A DNA stretch of 64,000 nucleotides from contig CAVPRW010000002.1 in NCBI GenBank assembly GCA_963707985.1, positions 64,001 through 128,000 of the forward strand, written 5' to 3'. The stretch's first letter is position 1. Every line of letters starts with the position of its first letter. This document shows, one piece after another, positions 44,025-55,850 of the stretch. Source of the stretch: an uncultured Nitrospinota bacterium (lineage in GTDB: Bacteria; Tectomicrobia; Entotheonellia; J063; CAVPRW01). The notes under the pieces are model-generated. The model worked only from the letters and a program-made list of their open reading frames with translations, did no database searches and was not told the origin of the DNA. A program made the translations under genes and the position numbers.

Positions 44025-44426
44025 TTGCCCTGCGTGGTGAGGAGCCCCGAGAAAGGAAGATCCACGAAGACCATTTTACTGGTCGATGACGAAGCCAACC
44101 TGCGGATACTCGTCCGCACCACCCTGGATGTTGCTGAATACCGTATTATCGAAGCCACGGACGGCACGACCGCGCTAGATCTGGCACGGCAGCAGCGCCC
44201 AGACCTCCTGGTCTTGGACTGGATGATGCCTGGCCTCAACGGTATTGAGGTGGTGCAGGCCCTGCGCCAAGACTCTACGACCGCGCACATCCCCATCATC
44301 ATGCTATCGGCCAGGGGCCAAGCAACAGATCAAGAGCGCGGACGTTCCATGGGCATCTCCGCCTACCTCGTGAAGCCGTTTAGCCCGCTAGAATTGCTGC
44401 GATCGGTCCTGGAAATCCTGGGGTAA
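44025..44426 (+). CDS. Single-domain response regulator
   Basis: ILLVDDE, LDWMMP, KPFSP; start uncertain. Confidence 0.9.
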   Translation: MPCVVRSPEKGRSTKTILLVDDEANLRILVRTTLDVAEYRIIEATDGTTALDLARQQRPDLLVLDWMMPGLNGIEVVQALRQDSTTAHIPIIMLSARGQATDQERGRSMGISAYLVKPFSPLELLRSVLEILG

Positions 44427-44529
44427 CCGGCGCACATTCAAAGGTTGTAGGAGTTTGACATGCCTCACGCCATCGCTGCAGGCCGTTGATGAGCACGTGT
44501 CGAATCGCCTTGGCCTTGAGGATCGCCTC

Positions 44530-46993
44530 ATGAAATGGGCGATCAGAGAGAAAATTGGGGCAGGCTTTGGGTTGGTCCTGTTGAGTCTCGTGGTGATCGC
44601 TGTAGTCTCGTACCGTAGCACCGCGCAGCTCATCGAGACGGTTCGTATAGTGTCTCAGACCCATCGGCTGCTGGAAGCACTCGAAATCGTGCGTGCGCAC
44701 CTGAGTGACATCGAAGCGGAAGCACGCGGCTATGTCATCAGCGGTGACGACCGCTACCTGGAACCCTATTACGGCGCGCTGGTGGAGATTGCTCAACACA
44801 TTAGCGACCTCGGGGCATTAGCTGCCGACCAGCGCGATCAGGAGGATTATGTCGAGACCCTCAAAGCGCTGGTGGAGGGAAAAGTTGCTCTGGTCAGGAA
44901 AATGATCGCCTTACGGCAACAGGGAGGGGGTGAGACCGCGCAGCAAATGGTGCTGATGGACCAGGGCAAGGTGGTGATGGATACGATCAGAGTCGTCATC
45001 ATTGCCGCAACGAATGAGGGGCGAGCCTTGCATAGGCAGCGGGATGAAGAAGCGTACCAGAGCGCAAGCTCCACGATAATGACTATTGCGGTTGGCAGTT
45101 TGTTGGCTTTGGGGATTGCGGCTGGCGCCACGATCATCATCAATCGCGACATCACAAGTCTCCGACGAACCGAGGCGGCGTTACGGAGGAGTGAGGAACT
45201 TTACCACACGTTGGTCAAGAATTTCCCAAATGGTACGGTGCGTCTGTTCGACGACGAGCTACGCTATACCATTGCGGATGGGGCAGGGTTCGCAACGCTC
45301 GGTCTCTCGAAAGAGGCCATAGAGGGAAAGACTATCTGGGAAGTATGGCCGCCTGAAACCTGTGCCATCATCGAGCCGCATTATCGGGCCGCCCTTGCTG
45401 GTGAAGTGAGGAGTTTTGAAGTCCCATATGTGAACCGTATATATCAGGTATATGTTATGCCAATCAGAATTGCGTCAGGTGAGATCGTTGCGGGTATGGT
45501 GGTGAGCCACGACATCACCGAACGGAAGGAAGTCGATCGCCTCAAGGATGAATTCATCTCAACCGTCAGCCATGAGCTGCGGACGCCGCTGTCAAGCCTA
45601 CGCGGCTTTACCGAGCTCATGCTGGAGCGTGAATTTCCCCCCGAGAGACGCCAGCGATTTGTGTCGATCATGCACAGTGAAACCGTCCGTCTGACTAATC
45701 TGATCAATGATTTTCTCGATCTCCAACGCATCGAGTCAGGCCGCCAGGTCTATCATTTTGAACGCGTGGATGTGCGAGAGCTCTTGCACGAGAGGATTGC
45801 CCTGTTCATGCCAGTGGAGGCGCAAGTGGTCTGGCATCTGGAGGTTCCGGAGACCCTGCCACTGGTGCAGGCCGATAGAGATCGTATCCGGCAAGTGCTC
45901 GCCAATATACTCTCCAATGCGCTGAAGTATTCCCCGCGTGGAGGCGAGATCACCGTCAGCGCACGTCAGCAGGGTGCCTACGTCGAGGTCCGGGTGACCG
46001 ACCAAGGCGTGGGCATTCCGCCTGAGGCCATTCCACAGCTCTTCAGTAAGTTTTTCCGGGTGGAGAACAGCCAGACGCGGCACATTGGAGGCACAGGGCT
46101 GGGGTTGGCGTTGGTCAAGGATATCGTCGAGGCCCATCAGGGGAGGGTGTGGGTCGACAGTGAACCCGAACCGCGGCAGTGCGTTCTTTTTTACCCTACC
46201 TGTAGCTGTGCAACCGGTACAAGCGGTGGTAGTTCCGGAAGGCGTGAGCGGGGACACAACGGATATTTTGCTGGTCGAGAACGATCCGGTCTTCACACAG
46301 TTGCTACGCGAACGTTTCGAGGGTACAGGGTTATCAGTGACTACCACGAGTTATGCAGAACAAGCGCTCGATCTCACTCGCCTCTCCCCGCCGCGTATGC
46401 TGCTAGTGGACATCCACCTGGCTGGGGACATGGATGGATGGGACTTGCTAGTGGCGCTGAAAAGCGATCATGTCTTGCAAGCCATCCCCATCATCCTCGT
46501 TACCACAAGTGAGGAGGCCAATCTCCGTGGGCTCGCCCTGGCTGGTGCTGACTATCTCCCTCGGCCAGTCTCCACAGAAGGGCTGAGGCAGGCCGTGCAG
46601 CGTCAGTTGCCCTCCGTGGCTGGCAAGCGTGTCCTGGTTGCCGATGATGATAATGCCTTCCGTCGGCAGGTGGTGGAGCTGCTGGCTGACGACCTAAACG
46701 CCGAGGTAGCGGAGGCGACCAATGGGCGTGAGGTGTTGCAACAGGTGGCGCAGCAGGTGCCGGACCTGTTACTGCTGGACTTGCTCATGCCGAACCTGGA
46801 CGGCTTCGAGGTCCTGCAGCAGCTGCGGGCAGACAAACGGGCGATGAATATGGCCGTACTGGTGGTGACAAGCAAAGACCTACTGCCGGCTGAGAAGGCA
46901 CACCTAAAGCGCAAGATGGCATCTCTCGTAAGCAAGAATGATGCTAGCCTGGACCGCTTCGCCCGCATTGTGGGGGATGTGTTAGGTAGTTGA
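44530..46993 (+). CDS. Hybrid histidine kinase CHASE3-PAS-HisKA-HATPase-REC-REC (frameshift near 46170)
   Basis: EAEARGYVISGDDRYLEPY, SHELRTPL, NALKYS, GGTGLGL; the second frame gives GSAFFFTLP and two receiver domains. Confidence 0.88.
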
Positions 46994-47296
46994 AGGGGGA
47001 GAGCCAATCATTCGGGAGTCACCGTCAGCACATCCTGTCGTATACCCCTCAAGCAGAATCGCGCTACCAAGAGTGGTGGTAGCGAGGGATTCGCCTTGCG
47101 ACCCATGATCTGCGGATCGCTGCTATGTTCCCCATTCCTCCATAGATCTCTCTCGGGCGCATTTAGAAGGCATCCCGCATCTCCCTCTATCGACGGCTGT
47201 GCGTCCTAGCGCTCTGTCACCTCCAGGGCAAGGACCTAAATCCGCCTCACGACCATCGCTGGATCGGCCGGCACAAGCGAGGTGACATCGTTTAGC

Positions 47297-48499
47297 TCAT
47301 GAGGCATGTGCCACCTCGCGGGCGAAGGCGATCAGCATTTCGTCTGAGTCCCTCGCTCCCAGCAGCGACAAACCCACCGGTAGTCCCTCCACTTCCGCTC
47401 CCGGCAAATTGATCTGCGGTGTGCCAGTGGTGCCTGCGATGCAGGTTAGCGTGCTCATGCGTGGCCGCAAGACATCGCGTATCGATATGCGTTCTCGTTG
47501 CAGCGGCGCAGGGGTCGGTGTGGTGGGGAGGCAGACCACTGTCCCGTCGGCGAGGAGCGCCGTCATGCGCTTGATGATGGCTTGCCGGGACTCCCTCGCA
47601 GCCTCAACTTCCACATCCGAGATCGCACTGGCGAAGCGATAGCGCTCGGCCACCTCGAAACTGAAGCGCGGATTTTCGCGGTCGATCCAGTCCCTGGCGG
47701 TTTCCCATGCCTCCCGACCCTGTAAAATCTGCTGCTGACTTGACCAATCGCTCAGTCGTGTTGGCGCGAGGCGTACCGCCGTGCAGTCCCCGATCAGGGA
47801 AGCGATGCGATCGACAGCTGGTCGCAAGGCTTCCTGTACCGCCTGATCAGCGACTTCGAAGGCGTCTTCGGCGATGAGGAGATGATGGGGGCGGACCCCC
47901 CGGATGTCGCGTTGCAAAATCACCGACCCAACTCTGGCAAACAGGTCCGCGTCGCGCGCAAACCAGCCGATGGTATCGTAGCTCGGGGCTTGCAGCAAGA
48001 TGCCGTCAAGCGGGATGCGCCCATGTGTCGGGCGCATCCCGTATAGACCGCAGAAGCTCGACGGCACGCGCACGGATCCACCGGTATCAGAACCGAGCGC
48101 GAAATCGACCAACTCCCCGGCCACGGCAGAGGCCGAGCCGCTCGATGAGCCGCCTGGGACACGGCCAGGTGCCCGCGGATTCAGGGGTGTGCCATAATGG
48201 GCATTTTCTCCAAAAATCCCGCGGGTGATCTCGTCGGTGATGGTCTTGCCGACCATGGTGGCACCGGCTGCCACCAATATGCTCACCACCCAGGCGGTTC
48301 GTGATGCGGCTTCATGGGTGGCCTTCCAGTCGGGGTTACCGCCTCCCGTCACATAGCCGACAACGTCGAAAATATCTTTGGCGGCGAAGGTCAGGTCTGA
48401 AAGAGGCCCATCGGCTGCGCCCTCAAGGTATGCGTCGGTGTCTCTGCAAAAGGCATTCAGGTGGTCGTCAATCGTCAACCGAGGTCGCATCATGTCCAT
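47297..48499 (-). CDS. Amidase signature family enzyme
   Basis: FAAKDIF, PGGSSSGSA, GSDTGGSVRVP (Ser-cisSer-Lys triad); RBS GGAG before ATG 48499. Confidence 0.93.
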   Translation of the reverse strand: MDMMRPRLTIDDHLNAFCRDTDAYLEGAADGPLSDLTFAAKDIFDVVGYVTGGGNPDWKATHEAASRTAWVVSILVAAGATMVGKTITDEITRGIFGENAHYGTPLNPRAPGRVPGGSSSGSASAVAGELVDFALGSDTGGSVRVPSSFCGLYGMRPTHGRIPLDGILLQAPSYDTIGWFARDADLFARVGSVILQRDIRGVRPHHLLIAEDAFEVADQAVQEALRPAVDRIASLIGDCTAVRLAPTRLSDWSSQQQILQGREAWETARDWIDRENPRFSFEVAERYRFASAISDVEVEAARESRQAIIKRMTALLADGTVVCLPTTPTPAPLQRERISIRDVLRPRMSTLTCIAGTTGTPQINLPGAEVEGLPVGLSLLGARDSDEMLIAFAREVAHAS

Positions 48500-48853
48500 C
48501 GCTCCATTCTTGCATTCCGAAGTGTTCCTACCCTGTGCCCGGTGCCGTCGTCCCTGGGTCGAAGCGGTTTGACTCAGGCGGAAGATGTTTGCTTCAGTCC
48601 ATTGGGCTTGATAGGCGGGAGTATACAAGTCCACCAACAGGTGAGCAAGAACGGCGGCTTCTCTGGACGTGCCTTGCGGCACAGCATTGTTCATGGTATC
48701 TTCAGCGAATGTTTTGTAGATACCAGCAGAAAAGCGAACAGTGAGCTTAAAAGATGCGTCTGGAGCAGCACACCAGCGCTCGGTGGAGATCAGCAAGCAG
48801 CGTCCGCTCACCTGTAAGGACCAACGCTCCTTATCGCAGGTTAAGATTCTCTT

Positions 48854-49870
48854 ATGTCCATCCTTAAACCAGGCAAACTTCCCCCAGAACTGTTGCAGCG
48901 CTTGCTCACCTCATACCCCCGGACGGACCCGCGCGTCATCATCGGACCAGCCGTGGGAGAAGACGCTGCCATCATCGACATGGGCGACCGCTATTTGATC
49001 GCCAAGTCGGATCCGATCACCTTTGCCACCGATGCCATCGGCTACTACGGCGTGGTGGTGAATGCCAACGATATCGCCACTCGCGGTGGTCGACCGAAGT
49101 GGTTTCTGGCCACCCTGCTGTTGCCGGAACGAACGACTTCGGTCGCGCTGGTGGAATCGATCTTCGCCCAGATTGCAGAGGCCTGCCAATCTTTTAACAT
49201 TGCCGTCGTGGGCGGGCATACGGAGGTCACATACGGGCTTGACCGTCCCATCCTGTCGGGGCACATGCTGGGGGAAGTTGATGTGGCCGGCCTGATCAGC
49301 ACCAGCGGGGCTCAGATCGGCGATGTGCTGCTGTTGACGAAGGGCATTTGCATCGAGGGCACAGCGATCATTGCGCGCGAGCGTGAGCGGGAGCTGAGAT
49401 CTGGAGACGTGCCTGAGGCCATCATCCAACGCGCCAAAAATTTCTTATATGAGCCGGGCATCAGCGTCGTGCGTGATGCGTACATCGCCATCGGCGCGGG
49501 CCACATCCATGCCATGCACGATCCGACGGAGGGTGGACTCGCCATGGCCGTTCATGAACTGGCCATCGCGGCACAGGTTGGCATTGTCATCGAAGGCCAG
49601 CAGATTCCCATTCTGGAAGAGGCGGCGCTACTGTGCCGGGCCTATAGCCTCGACCCATTCGGAACCATCGCCTCGGGTGCCCTGCTGATCGCCACGCCGG
49701 CCGATGAGGCACCGCGCATTCAACAGGCGCTGCAGGTCAACAATATTGCGTGCGCGGCAATTGGCCACATCGTGCCGCCGGAGGAAGGAGTTCTACTCGA
49801 CAATGGCCGTGAGGTTCAGCCACTACCCAAGTTTATCAGGGATGAAATTACCAAATTGTTCACCGAGTAA
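48854..49870 (+). CDS. AIR synthase-related (HypE/PurM-like) protein
   Basis: GEDAA, DPIT, NANDIA, GGHTE, MHDPTEGG. Confidence 0.88.
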   Translation: MSILKPGKLPPELLQRLLTSYPRTDPRVIIGPAVGEDAAIIDMGDRYLIAKSDPITFATDAIGYYGVVVNANDIATRGGRPKWFLATLLLPERTTSVALVESIFAQIAEACQSFNIAVVGGHTEVTYGLDRPILSGHMLGEVDVAGLISTSGAQIGDVLLLTKGICIEGTAIIARERERELRSGDVPEAIIQRAKNFLYEPGISVVRDAYIAIGAGHIHAMHDPTEGGLAMAVHELAIAAQVGIVIEGQQIPILEEAALLCRAYSLDPFGTIASGALLIATPADEAPRIQQALQVNNIACAAIGHIVPPEEGVLLDNGREVQPLPKFIRDEITKLFTE

Positions 49871-50000
49871 TGTTCCCCCCATATCTCCGCTATCGCACGG
49901 CGGCAGAGAGGGCAAAGGGCGCATCACTGCCGCGATGCACGCTGGTCTGGGTGCATTGCTGGCGATGAAATGATGGGATGATCATGAACGGTGCGATGAC

Positions 50001-51557
50001 ATGTCCGTGTCTGCAGCGCTGTACCGAGAGCTTCGCGACGCGAGCCTCACTGTGGCCGAGCCTGAAGCGCCCTATCATGCTATCTCTGGCGACACTCAAC
50101 CATCCGAGCACCACCTGCATCTCCTCTGGCAACGGCAAGATCTCCTGCGCCAGCCGCTCATGACCCTCGACCAGCAGTTCATCACTGTCTATCGGCCGGG
50201 ACGTTGGAGCCGCAGCAGCGGACCTGACTTTCGCGACGTCAAGTTGCGGCTCGGTGATGATTCCATTCGCATTGGGGCCGTGGAAGTGCACGTCGCGGCG
50301 AGCGATTGGTTTCGCCATGGACACGACCGTGATCCTGCCTATACCAAGGTCCTGGTGCATGTGGTGTGGCACAACGATCTCGGCACCCAGACAGTGGTCG
50401 ATGCCTCGGGCCGTGAGATTCCGCAGTTGGTGCTGTCGACGGCACTGACCATACCGTTCTCTGAATGGCAGGCTGTGCTTGAGGAGGAAAGGATCCCGAC
50501 CGGGCATGGGGTGGGGCTGACACCTTGTCAACAATCGCTTTTGGAGATGACTCCGGAGACCGTTGGGCGTCTGTTGGATATGGCTGGCGAGGAGCGTTGG
50601 CGGCAGAAAGCCAATCGCTTCGCCCTGCGGCTCGAACGCCGCGGGGTTGAGCAAGCGCTCTATGAGACGCTGATGGAAGCCCTGGGCTTTCAGGGGAATC
50701 GCATGCCGTTCTGGCAACTGGCCAGATTAGCACCTCTGACGCACATCCGAGAGGCACTGGGCGCCGTTGAGTCCACCCCGATCCAGGTGCAGGCGATCCT
50801 GTATGGCGTGTCGGGGTTCCTGCAACACTGGCAAGCTGCGCGACAACGACACCAACCAGCGCGCGACACCTATGTGGAAACGCTCGCCACCTATTGGGAG
50901 CCCGTGTCGACACTTTTTCCTGAAGGCCTCGACGAGCGTCAGTGGCGTACGGCCGGTATCCGGCCAGCGAATTTTCCGCAGCGACGCCTCGCAGCGGCCG
51001 GCTATTGGCTCGCATCCCTGATGCAGCAGAGCCTGATGGATTTGTGCTTGGCGCCGATTCGACTCCTTGCACGGCAGGCGTCGCGTGCGCAATTACGGCG
51101 CTGTTTGGGCGAGCTGGCACGGCGTCTGCGCGTAGATGGGGACGACGACTTCTGGCGTCACCGCTATGGCATCGATGGGCCAGAGCTCAACCGCCCCGTC
51201 GATCTCCTGGGGCATGGGCGGGCGACAACCATGGTCGTAGATGTTCTATTGCCGGCGGCCGCAGCCCTAGCGCAGCTGGGCACCGAGCCGATCGAGCTCG
51301 AAACGGTACGCGCGTTGTACACATGTCACCCCCGCTTGCCTGCCAATGAAGTCACCCGGGAGATGGTTCGGCAATTCTTCGGCAGCGATCGTTCCCGCGC
51401 CGCTATCGTCAATTCCGCCTGTCGTCAACAGGCGCTTTTGCAGCTCTACAGAGACTTCTGCCTCAGCGAGCTAGAGACCTGTCAGGAGTGTGCTTTCCCG
51501 CGTCTCGTAGCCCGTTTGGAACGGCTGCAAAGAGATATGCCTCAAGGAGGTCGCTGA
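50001..51557 (+). CDS. DUF2851 family protein
   Basis: PG.W...GPDF, GAVEVH, WFRHGHDRDPAY..V.VHVVW, RPANFPQRRLA, C-terminal Cys cluster. Confidence 0.82.
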   Translation: MSVSAALYRELRDASLTVAEPEAPYHAISGDTQPSEHHLHLLWQRQDLLRQPLMTLDQQFITVYRPGRWSRSSGPDFRDVKLRLGDDSIRIGAVEVHVAASDWFRHGHDRDPAYTKVLVHVVWHNDLGTQTVVDASGREIPQLVLSTALTIPFSEWQAVLEEERIPTGHGVGLTPCQQSLLEMTPETVGRLLDMAGEERWRQKANRFALRLERRGVEQALYETLMEALGFQGNRMPFWQLARLAPLTHIREALGAVESTPIQVQAILYGVSGFLQHWQAARQRHQPARDTYVETLATYWEPVSTLFPEGLDERQWRTAGIRPANFPQRRLAAAGYWLASLMQQSLMDLCLAPIRLLARQASRAQLRRCLGELARRLRVDGDDDFWRHRYGIDGPELNRPVDLLGHGRATTMVVDVLLPAAAALAQLGTEPIELETVRALYTCHPRLPANEVTREMVRQFFGSDRSRAAIVNSACRQQALLQLYRDFCLSELETCQECAFPRLVARLERLQRDMPQGGR

Positions 51558-52602
51558 GCTGGCACAGTTCAGGGCGCCTGGCGAGGTTGCTGCGGATATA
51601 GCTGAGGGTGGGAGGAATGGCTGCGATATAACGCTGTGTGTTTTTCACCACGGTCTGAAAGGCAAACGTTCCGAGGGCTTTGAGATTACGTTGAAGGCAC
51701 GTGTAATCGAACACCCGGAGGAATGCTTCGCGGTCAAGCACATGGCCATCTCGCATGGTCTTCTGTTCGAGGTAATATGTCAGGAGCTCTTCCCGCAGGT
51801 CCGTGGGGAGTACGACGTAGGAATCGTACAGGAGAGAGGCGAGGTCGTACTGGCAGGGGCCGAGGCGGGCATCTTGAAAATCGATGACGTGCAGTCGACT
51901 CTGATGCACCATGAGATTTCGGCTGTGGTAATCGCGATGAGTGAGGACACGGGGTTGGCTCGCCAGCGTCGCCGCGAGCTTCCAGAATTGGCCCCGCAGC
52001 GTCGCCTGAGCCGCTGGCGTCAATTGCTGAGCACACAACTGTTGGATCATGTGGGTCGAGAAAAAATCCAGCTCCCACATCAGCTTCTCGACGTCAAAGG
52101 CCAGGCTGAAGGCGACACAGTTGGCGCGTGAGGTCGTTTCCTGCGGATACTGCAGCTGCAGCAGAATATCCAGCGCCTGGCGATACCAATCAACCGTCTG
52201 CCCGCGGCCGGCTCCCTGTAATGCGGCCTCCAGCGTGGCATCACCTAGATCCTCCAGCAGGATGAAACCCTGGCCGGAATCATCCCACAGAATGCCGGGA
52301 ACTGGTAGCCTGTTTAGGGCGAGGTAGCGCTGCACATTCACGAAGGCTAATTCACCGGCGGTGTACGGTTGGGCCAGCTGCATGAGTATGAGCGACGTGA
52401 TATCGTCGACCCCGGTCGTGACGTGTAAGCGGTAGTAGCGGCGATCGGAGGCGTCTCCTGTGAGGGGGCTTATCTCGACATCGCTGCACTTCCCCGGGAA
52501 AACTCGGTCGACGAGCGCACGCAGATATAGCGTCGAGGGTAACTCTGGCAAGGTATCCGGAGCGTGGGACTGAACCGTAGGAGATGCAGGCATTGACCGC
52601 AT
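51463..52602 (-). CDS. Aminoglycoside phosphotransferase family kinase, AmgK-like
   Basis: GDASDRRYYR, LLEDLGD, HRDYHSRNLM, IDFQDAR, YDLASLL, QRNLKALGTF. Confidence 0.88.
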   Translation of the reverse strand: MRSMPASPTVQSHAPDTLPELPSTLYLRALVDRVFPGKCSDVEISPLTGDASDRRYYRLHVTTGVDDITSLILMQLAQPYTAGELAFVNVQRYLALNRLPVPGILWDDSGQGFILLEDLGDATLEAALQGAGRGQTVDWYRQALDILLQLQYPQETTSRANCVAFSLAFDVEKLMWELDFFSTHMIQQLCAQQLTPAAQATLRGQFWKLAATLASQPRVLTHRDYHSRNLMVHQSRLHVIDFQDARLGPCQYDLASLLYDSYVVLPTDLREELLTYYLEQKTMRDGHVLDREAFLRVFDYTCLQRNLKALGTFAFQTVVKNTQRYIAAIPPTLSYIRSNLARRPELCQLSDLLEAYLFAAVPNGLRDAGKHTPDRSLAR

Positions 52603-52723
52603 AGCCGCTACTATAAATCCGCCTCCCTCTCCAGGTCAAGGGACTGCTCTTCATCTTCCCCACCTATCCCTCCTTCACAAGACCGAGGTGGTGGCAATCG
52701 ACGGGCGCATGCAGTGGAGTCGC

Positions 52724-53150
52724 TCAGCCCTCCCGGTGCGGCGCCCTGACACTTCCCAGGTCTACGGGGTCTTCCGACGTCCCGGACCAGGGCTCGCGCG
52801 CATGGGGAAGCCTCACCCGCCCCCAGAGTTGCACCAATCGGTTGTCCGGCCGCCGCCGCAGATAGACAAACCCGTATAAGGCCGCGACCAGCACGCCGCC
52901 ACCGACTATATGGCCCAGCGTCACTGGCAGCAGGTTGTTTCCGAAAAACCCCATCCAGGTGAGATCGGCGAACTGCCCGGGGACTTTGCCCGACATCTCG
53001 ATCACACGCGAGTTGTCTCGTAGCCACAAGCCCAGCGGGATAAAGTACATGTTCGCGATCGAGTGCTCAAAGCCCACGGCGACAAAGGCGGTAATCGGCG
53101 GGATGATGGCCAGGATCTTGTCCGTAGTGGTCCGCGCACTGAAACTCAAC
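52724..53150 (-). pseudogene. Formate/nitrite transporter C-terminal fragment
   Basis: SARTTTDKILAII.PITAFVA.GFEHSIANMYFIP and NLLPVTLG.IVGG; N-terminal part missing. Confidence 0.8.
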
Positions 53151-53429
53151 CCGTGAAGCGCGCCATTGCCGACAACCACCTCAGCGAGGCAACCACAGAA
53201 TAGGCCTACCAGGTGACACTGAGGAACGTACCACCAATCATCATCATATGCCAAGCCCCTACGACCCTGGGAGCGTTGATCGGTACCTATCCAGCGGCGT
53301 GCACGGCACGGATCTGACCAGATCAAAGGCAGAGACGTGAGGAAGGGCTAGACGAAAGCGAGCATCACCATCACGGCCGAACTCCGCGGCCAGGACGCCA
53401 ACGATGTGGACGTGGCCATTTCTGGCGGA

Positions 53430-53733
53430 AGAGGCCAAGCAAAAGGTGATCCCTGTCACTACGGCTATCACACCAGTACAGATCACGGTGGCAGTTGGAA
53501 GGCCAGCGGAGGAAATCCTGCGTGTGGCGGGTGAGGAGAAGGTCGTCGGGGTGCCGCAGGCGTTCGGGCTAGTAATCGTCTTGACCGCCGGGGTCTTCTT
53601 CACGATCGGCGCCGCACGCTGCCGATGGTCCCCAACCCTATGGTGGCATTCAGGGCTGTCGACGCTAGGGATGGGCAGGACGGCGGTAGGGCTGGCCTAC
53701 GGCGTGGGCGCCTGGCTCAAAAACCTGCTCTAG
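53430..53733 (+). pseudogene. Chimeric remnant: universal stress protein fragment plus VIT1/CCC1 C-terminus
   Basis: VAVGRPAEEILRVA..EKV followed by FFTIGAARCRWS...WWHSGL.TL.MG..A..LAYGVG. Confidence 0.55.
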
Positions 53734-53762
53734 GAATCCATACGAGGCAAGAAGCTTGGTGC

Positions 53763-54716
53763 TCAGCTCCCTTCAAAGAACCGACGCGGGTTCTCCACCG
53801 TGATCTGGTGGATGTCGTGGTCTGAGGCGCCCAGCTCCTGGAGACGTGGCAGCACTCGCCGGGAGATGAACGTATAGCCATCGGGGTTCGCCCGGCGGCG
53901 TGCCTCCTGGACCTCCACCCCGTATCGAGCCTTGGGGACCGAGTAATCGTGGGACAGCATGAGGCGATGGCTGTAGCCCGCGTCCATGAGTTGCTTGACG
54001 ATTGCGGTCCGTTGCTCCCAGTCGGGTGTGCCGGGGACACGTCCACCGGGGTAGCGGTCCATCCCTAACCACACGCCCTTCTCCAGCAGCCCCAGCAGGT
54101 AGCCCAGATCGGTGTCGTCGTTGCTGTGGCCGATGTAGACGCGCTGCAAGTCCACGCCCTCTTCCTCAAGAATCCGGACTTGCTGGTCTCCCACGCGGTC
54201 GGGCGACCACGTATGGGTGGAGATCGGGATGCCCGTGCGATGGTGTGTCCGTGCCGCAGCGCGCAGGATCACCTCCTGCGGTGGCGTAATCCCCCCACGG
54301 TCGCTGGCGACCTTGATGATGCCGGCTTTGATTCCGGTTCCCTCGATCCCTTCCTCGATTTCCCGGCTGTACAAGCGCGCGATGACATCCGGCGAGACCT
54401 CCCCGAAGGGACGCGGCACGGCCAGATGGTTACCGGTGGCGGCAATGAGGTGGACCCCGCTTCTCTTGGAGACTTCCTGGATCAGGCCGATATCCCGGCC
54501 GAGGTCAAATGTGCTCACCTCGACCATTGTCCGCACGCCTTCCTGGTATGCCTCGCGCATGGCCGCCACTGCTTGCTCGATCACGCCCGCGGGGTCGAGG
54601 AATTCCGGGTACGTGTGACGCAGGCCGGCAGCGTTAGTGCCCACATGCTCATGACTCAGGGTAAAGCCCAGGTCAGCCGTCTCCACTGGCCCTAATACGG
54701 TATTCACAGTTGGCAT
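53763..54716 (-). CDS. Phosphotriesterase-like amidohydrolase
   Basis: VNTVLGPV, TLSHEH, GIIKVA, ISTHT, IGHS, LSHD metal ligands. Confidence 0.93.
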   Translation of the reverse strand: MPTVNTVLGPVETADLGFTLSHEHVGTNAAGLRHTYPEFLDPAGVIEQAVAAMREAYQEGVRTMVEVSTFDLGRDIGLIQEVSKRSGVHLIAATGNHLAVPRPFGEVSPDVIARLYSREIEEGIEGTGIKAGIIKVASDRGGITPPQEVILRAAARTHHRTGIPISTHTWSPDRVGDQQVRILEEEGVDLQRVYIGHSNDDTDLGYLLGLLEKGVWLGMDRYPGGRVPGTPDWEQRTAIVKQLMDAGYSHRLMLSHDYSVPKARYGVEVQEARRRANPDGYTFISRRVLPRLQELGASDHDIHQITVENPRRFFEGS

Positions 54717-54999
54717 GACACACCCTCCTCATACGGTTTCGACTCGTCTATGGGGGTTGGGCAACACCCCCCACTGGCCCTACGGGCTCCCGCGACCATG
54801 CCTCTGCCACCAACCTGCGGGACAAGAGTATCCCTTGGACTGTCCATCGCACCGACACTCATGGTCCAGAACACCCACGTGTCGGTGACCCATGTCTATG
54901 TCGATCATGCACGAGGTGTTCTCGAACGCGTGCCGCTGTTTCAGGCACTTCACACCGGCACAACCGTCGGATACGGTTGGCCGGAGCCCGCGCCTCCCG

Positions 55000-55437
55000 T
55001 TAGCTTCCCGGCTCTGCGACGAAGAGCGGGATCCGCCGTGTGGTCCGTGTCTGGTAGTCCGCATACGGGGGATACGCCGCGACGGCGAGCCCCCAGAGCC
55101 TCGCTCGCTCGGCCTCGTCCTTGACCTCGCGTACCCGCATCGCCTGCACCACGCTGTGGTCGCGGATCTCGACGGCCGGGTTGGCGCGCAAGTTGTACAC
55201 CCAGACCGGGTGCGTCGGCGCCCCGCCCTGTGACCCGACGAGAACGTAGTGGGCGCCGTCCTTGACGCGCATCAGCGGGGTCTTGCGGATCGCGCCGGTC
55301 TTCTTGCCGGTGTGGGTTACGATGATCACGGGCAGCCCGGTGTCACGGAGCGTGGTGCCGTCAGTCCCCCCACTGCGCTCGTAGAGCTCGACCTGGTCGC
55401 GCACCCACTCCCTGGGACTTGGAATGTATTCCGCCAT
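55000..55437 (-). CDS. Deazaflavin (F420)-dependent nitroreductase family (DDN) oxidoreductase
   Basis: TGKKTGAIRKTPL, GSQGGAPTHPVWVYNLRANP, YADYQTRTTRRIP; RBS GAGGAG. Confidence 0.9.
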   Translation of the reverse strand: MAEYIPSPREWVRDQVELYERSGGTDGTTLRDTGLPVIIVTHTGKKTGAIRKTPLMRVKDGAHYVLVGSQGGAPTHPVWVYNLRANPAVEIRDHSVVQAMRVREVKDEAERARLWGLAVAAYPPYADYQTRTTRRIPLFVAEPGS

Positions 55438-55850
55438 GCGAATCTCCTCGATATGGGGGAGGTGGTCCTCCCCGCCTGCAAAGGTCTTTGCCAACGATAA
55501 CGCGCGTGCCAAGCCCACAGGTGCTCTGGGGACTGGCCACGGCGCCCGACGTGTCTTGCCCGGCACGTGCGGGCGGTGCTGTTGCCTGGACCAGGGCTGG
55601 CATCGCCCTCGTGCAGCGCCTGGGGAAAGGCACATGATCACCTCCCAATCGCCGCCCTCATTGTCTTACAGACAGCGCCGCGACGCAAGCCAGAAACTCC
55701 GGGGAAAGTCCACACAGGGATGCCGCGTGTCCTCGGGAGTGTTGAGGGAGGGCACAGCACTGTACTGCTTCCCGTCAATCAAGCGGCGAGGAAGGGAGGA
55801 CTGTGGCTCCTGTCGTCGTCCCGCTCTCAAACGGGTTGGGGGTGTTGTCC

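Noticed and set aside
12943..46993. Programmed frameshifting or phase variation at the gene breaks
   Set aside because: No consistent slippery sites or long simple repeats were seen; sequencing error is simpler.
48500..48811. 104-aa N-terminal extension of the amidase
   Set aside because: No amidase similarity; an RBS supports the start at 48499.
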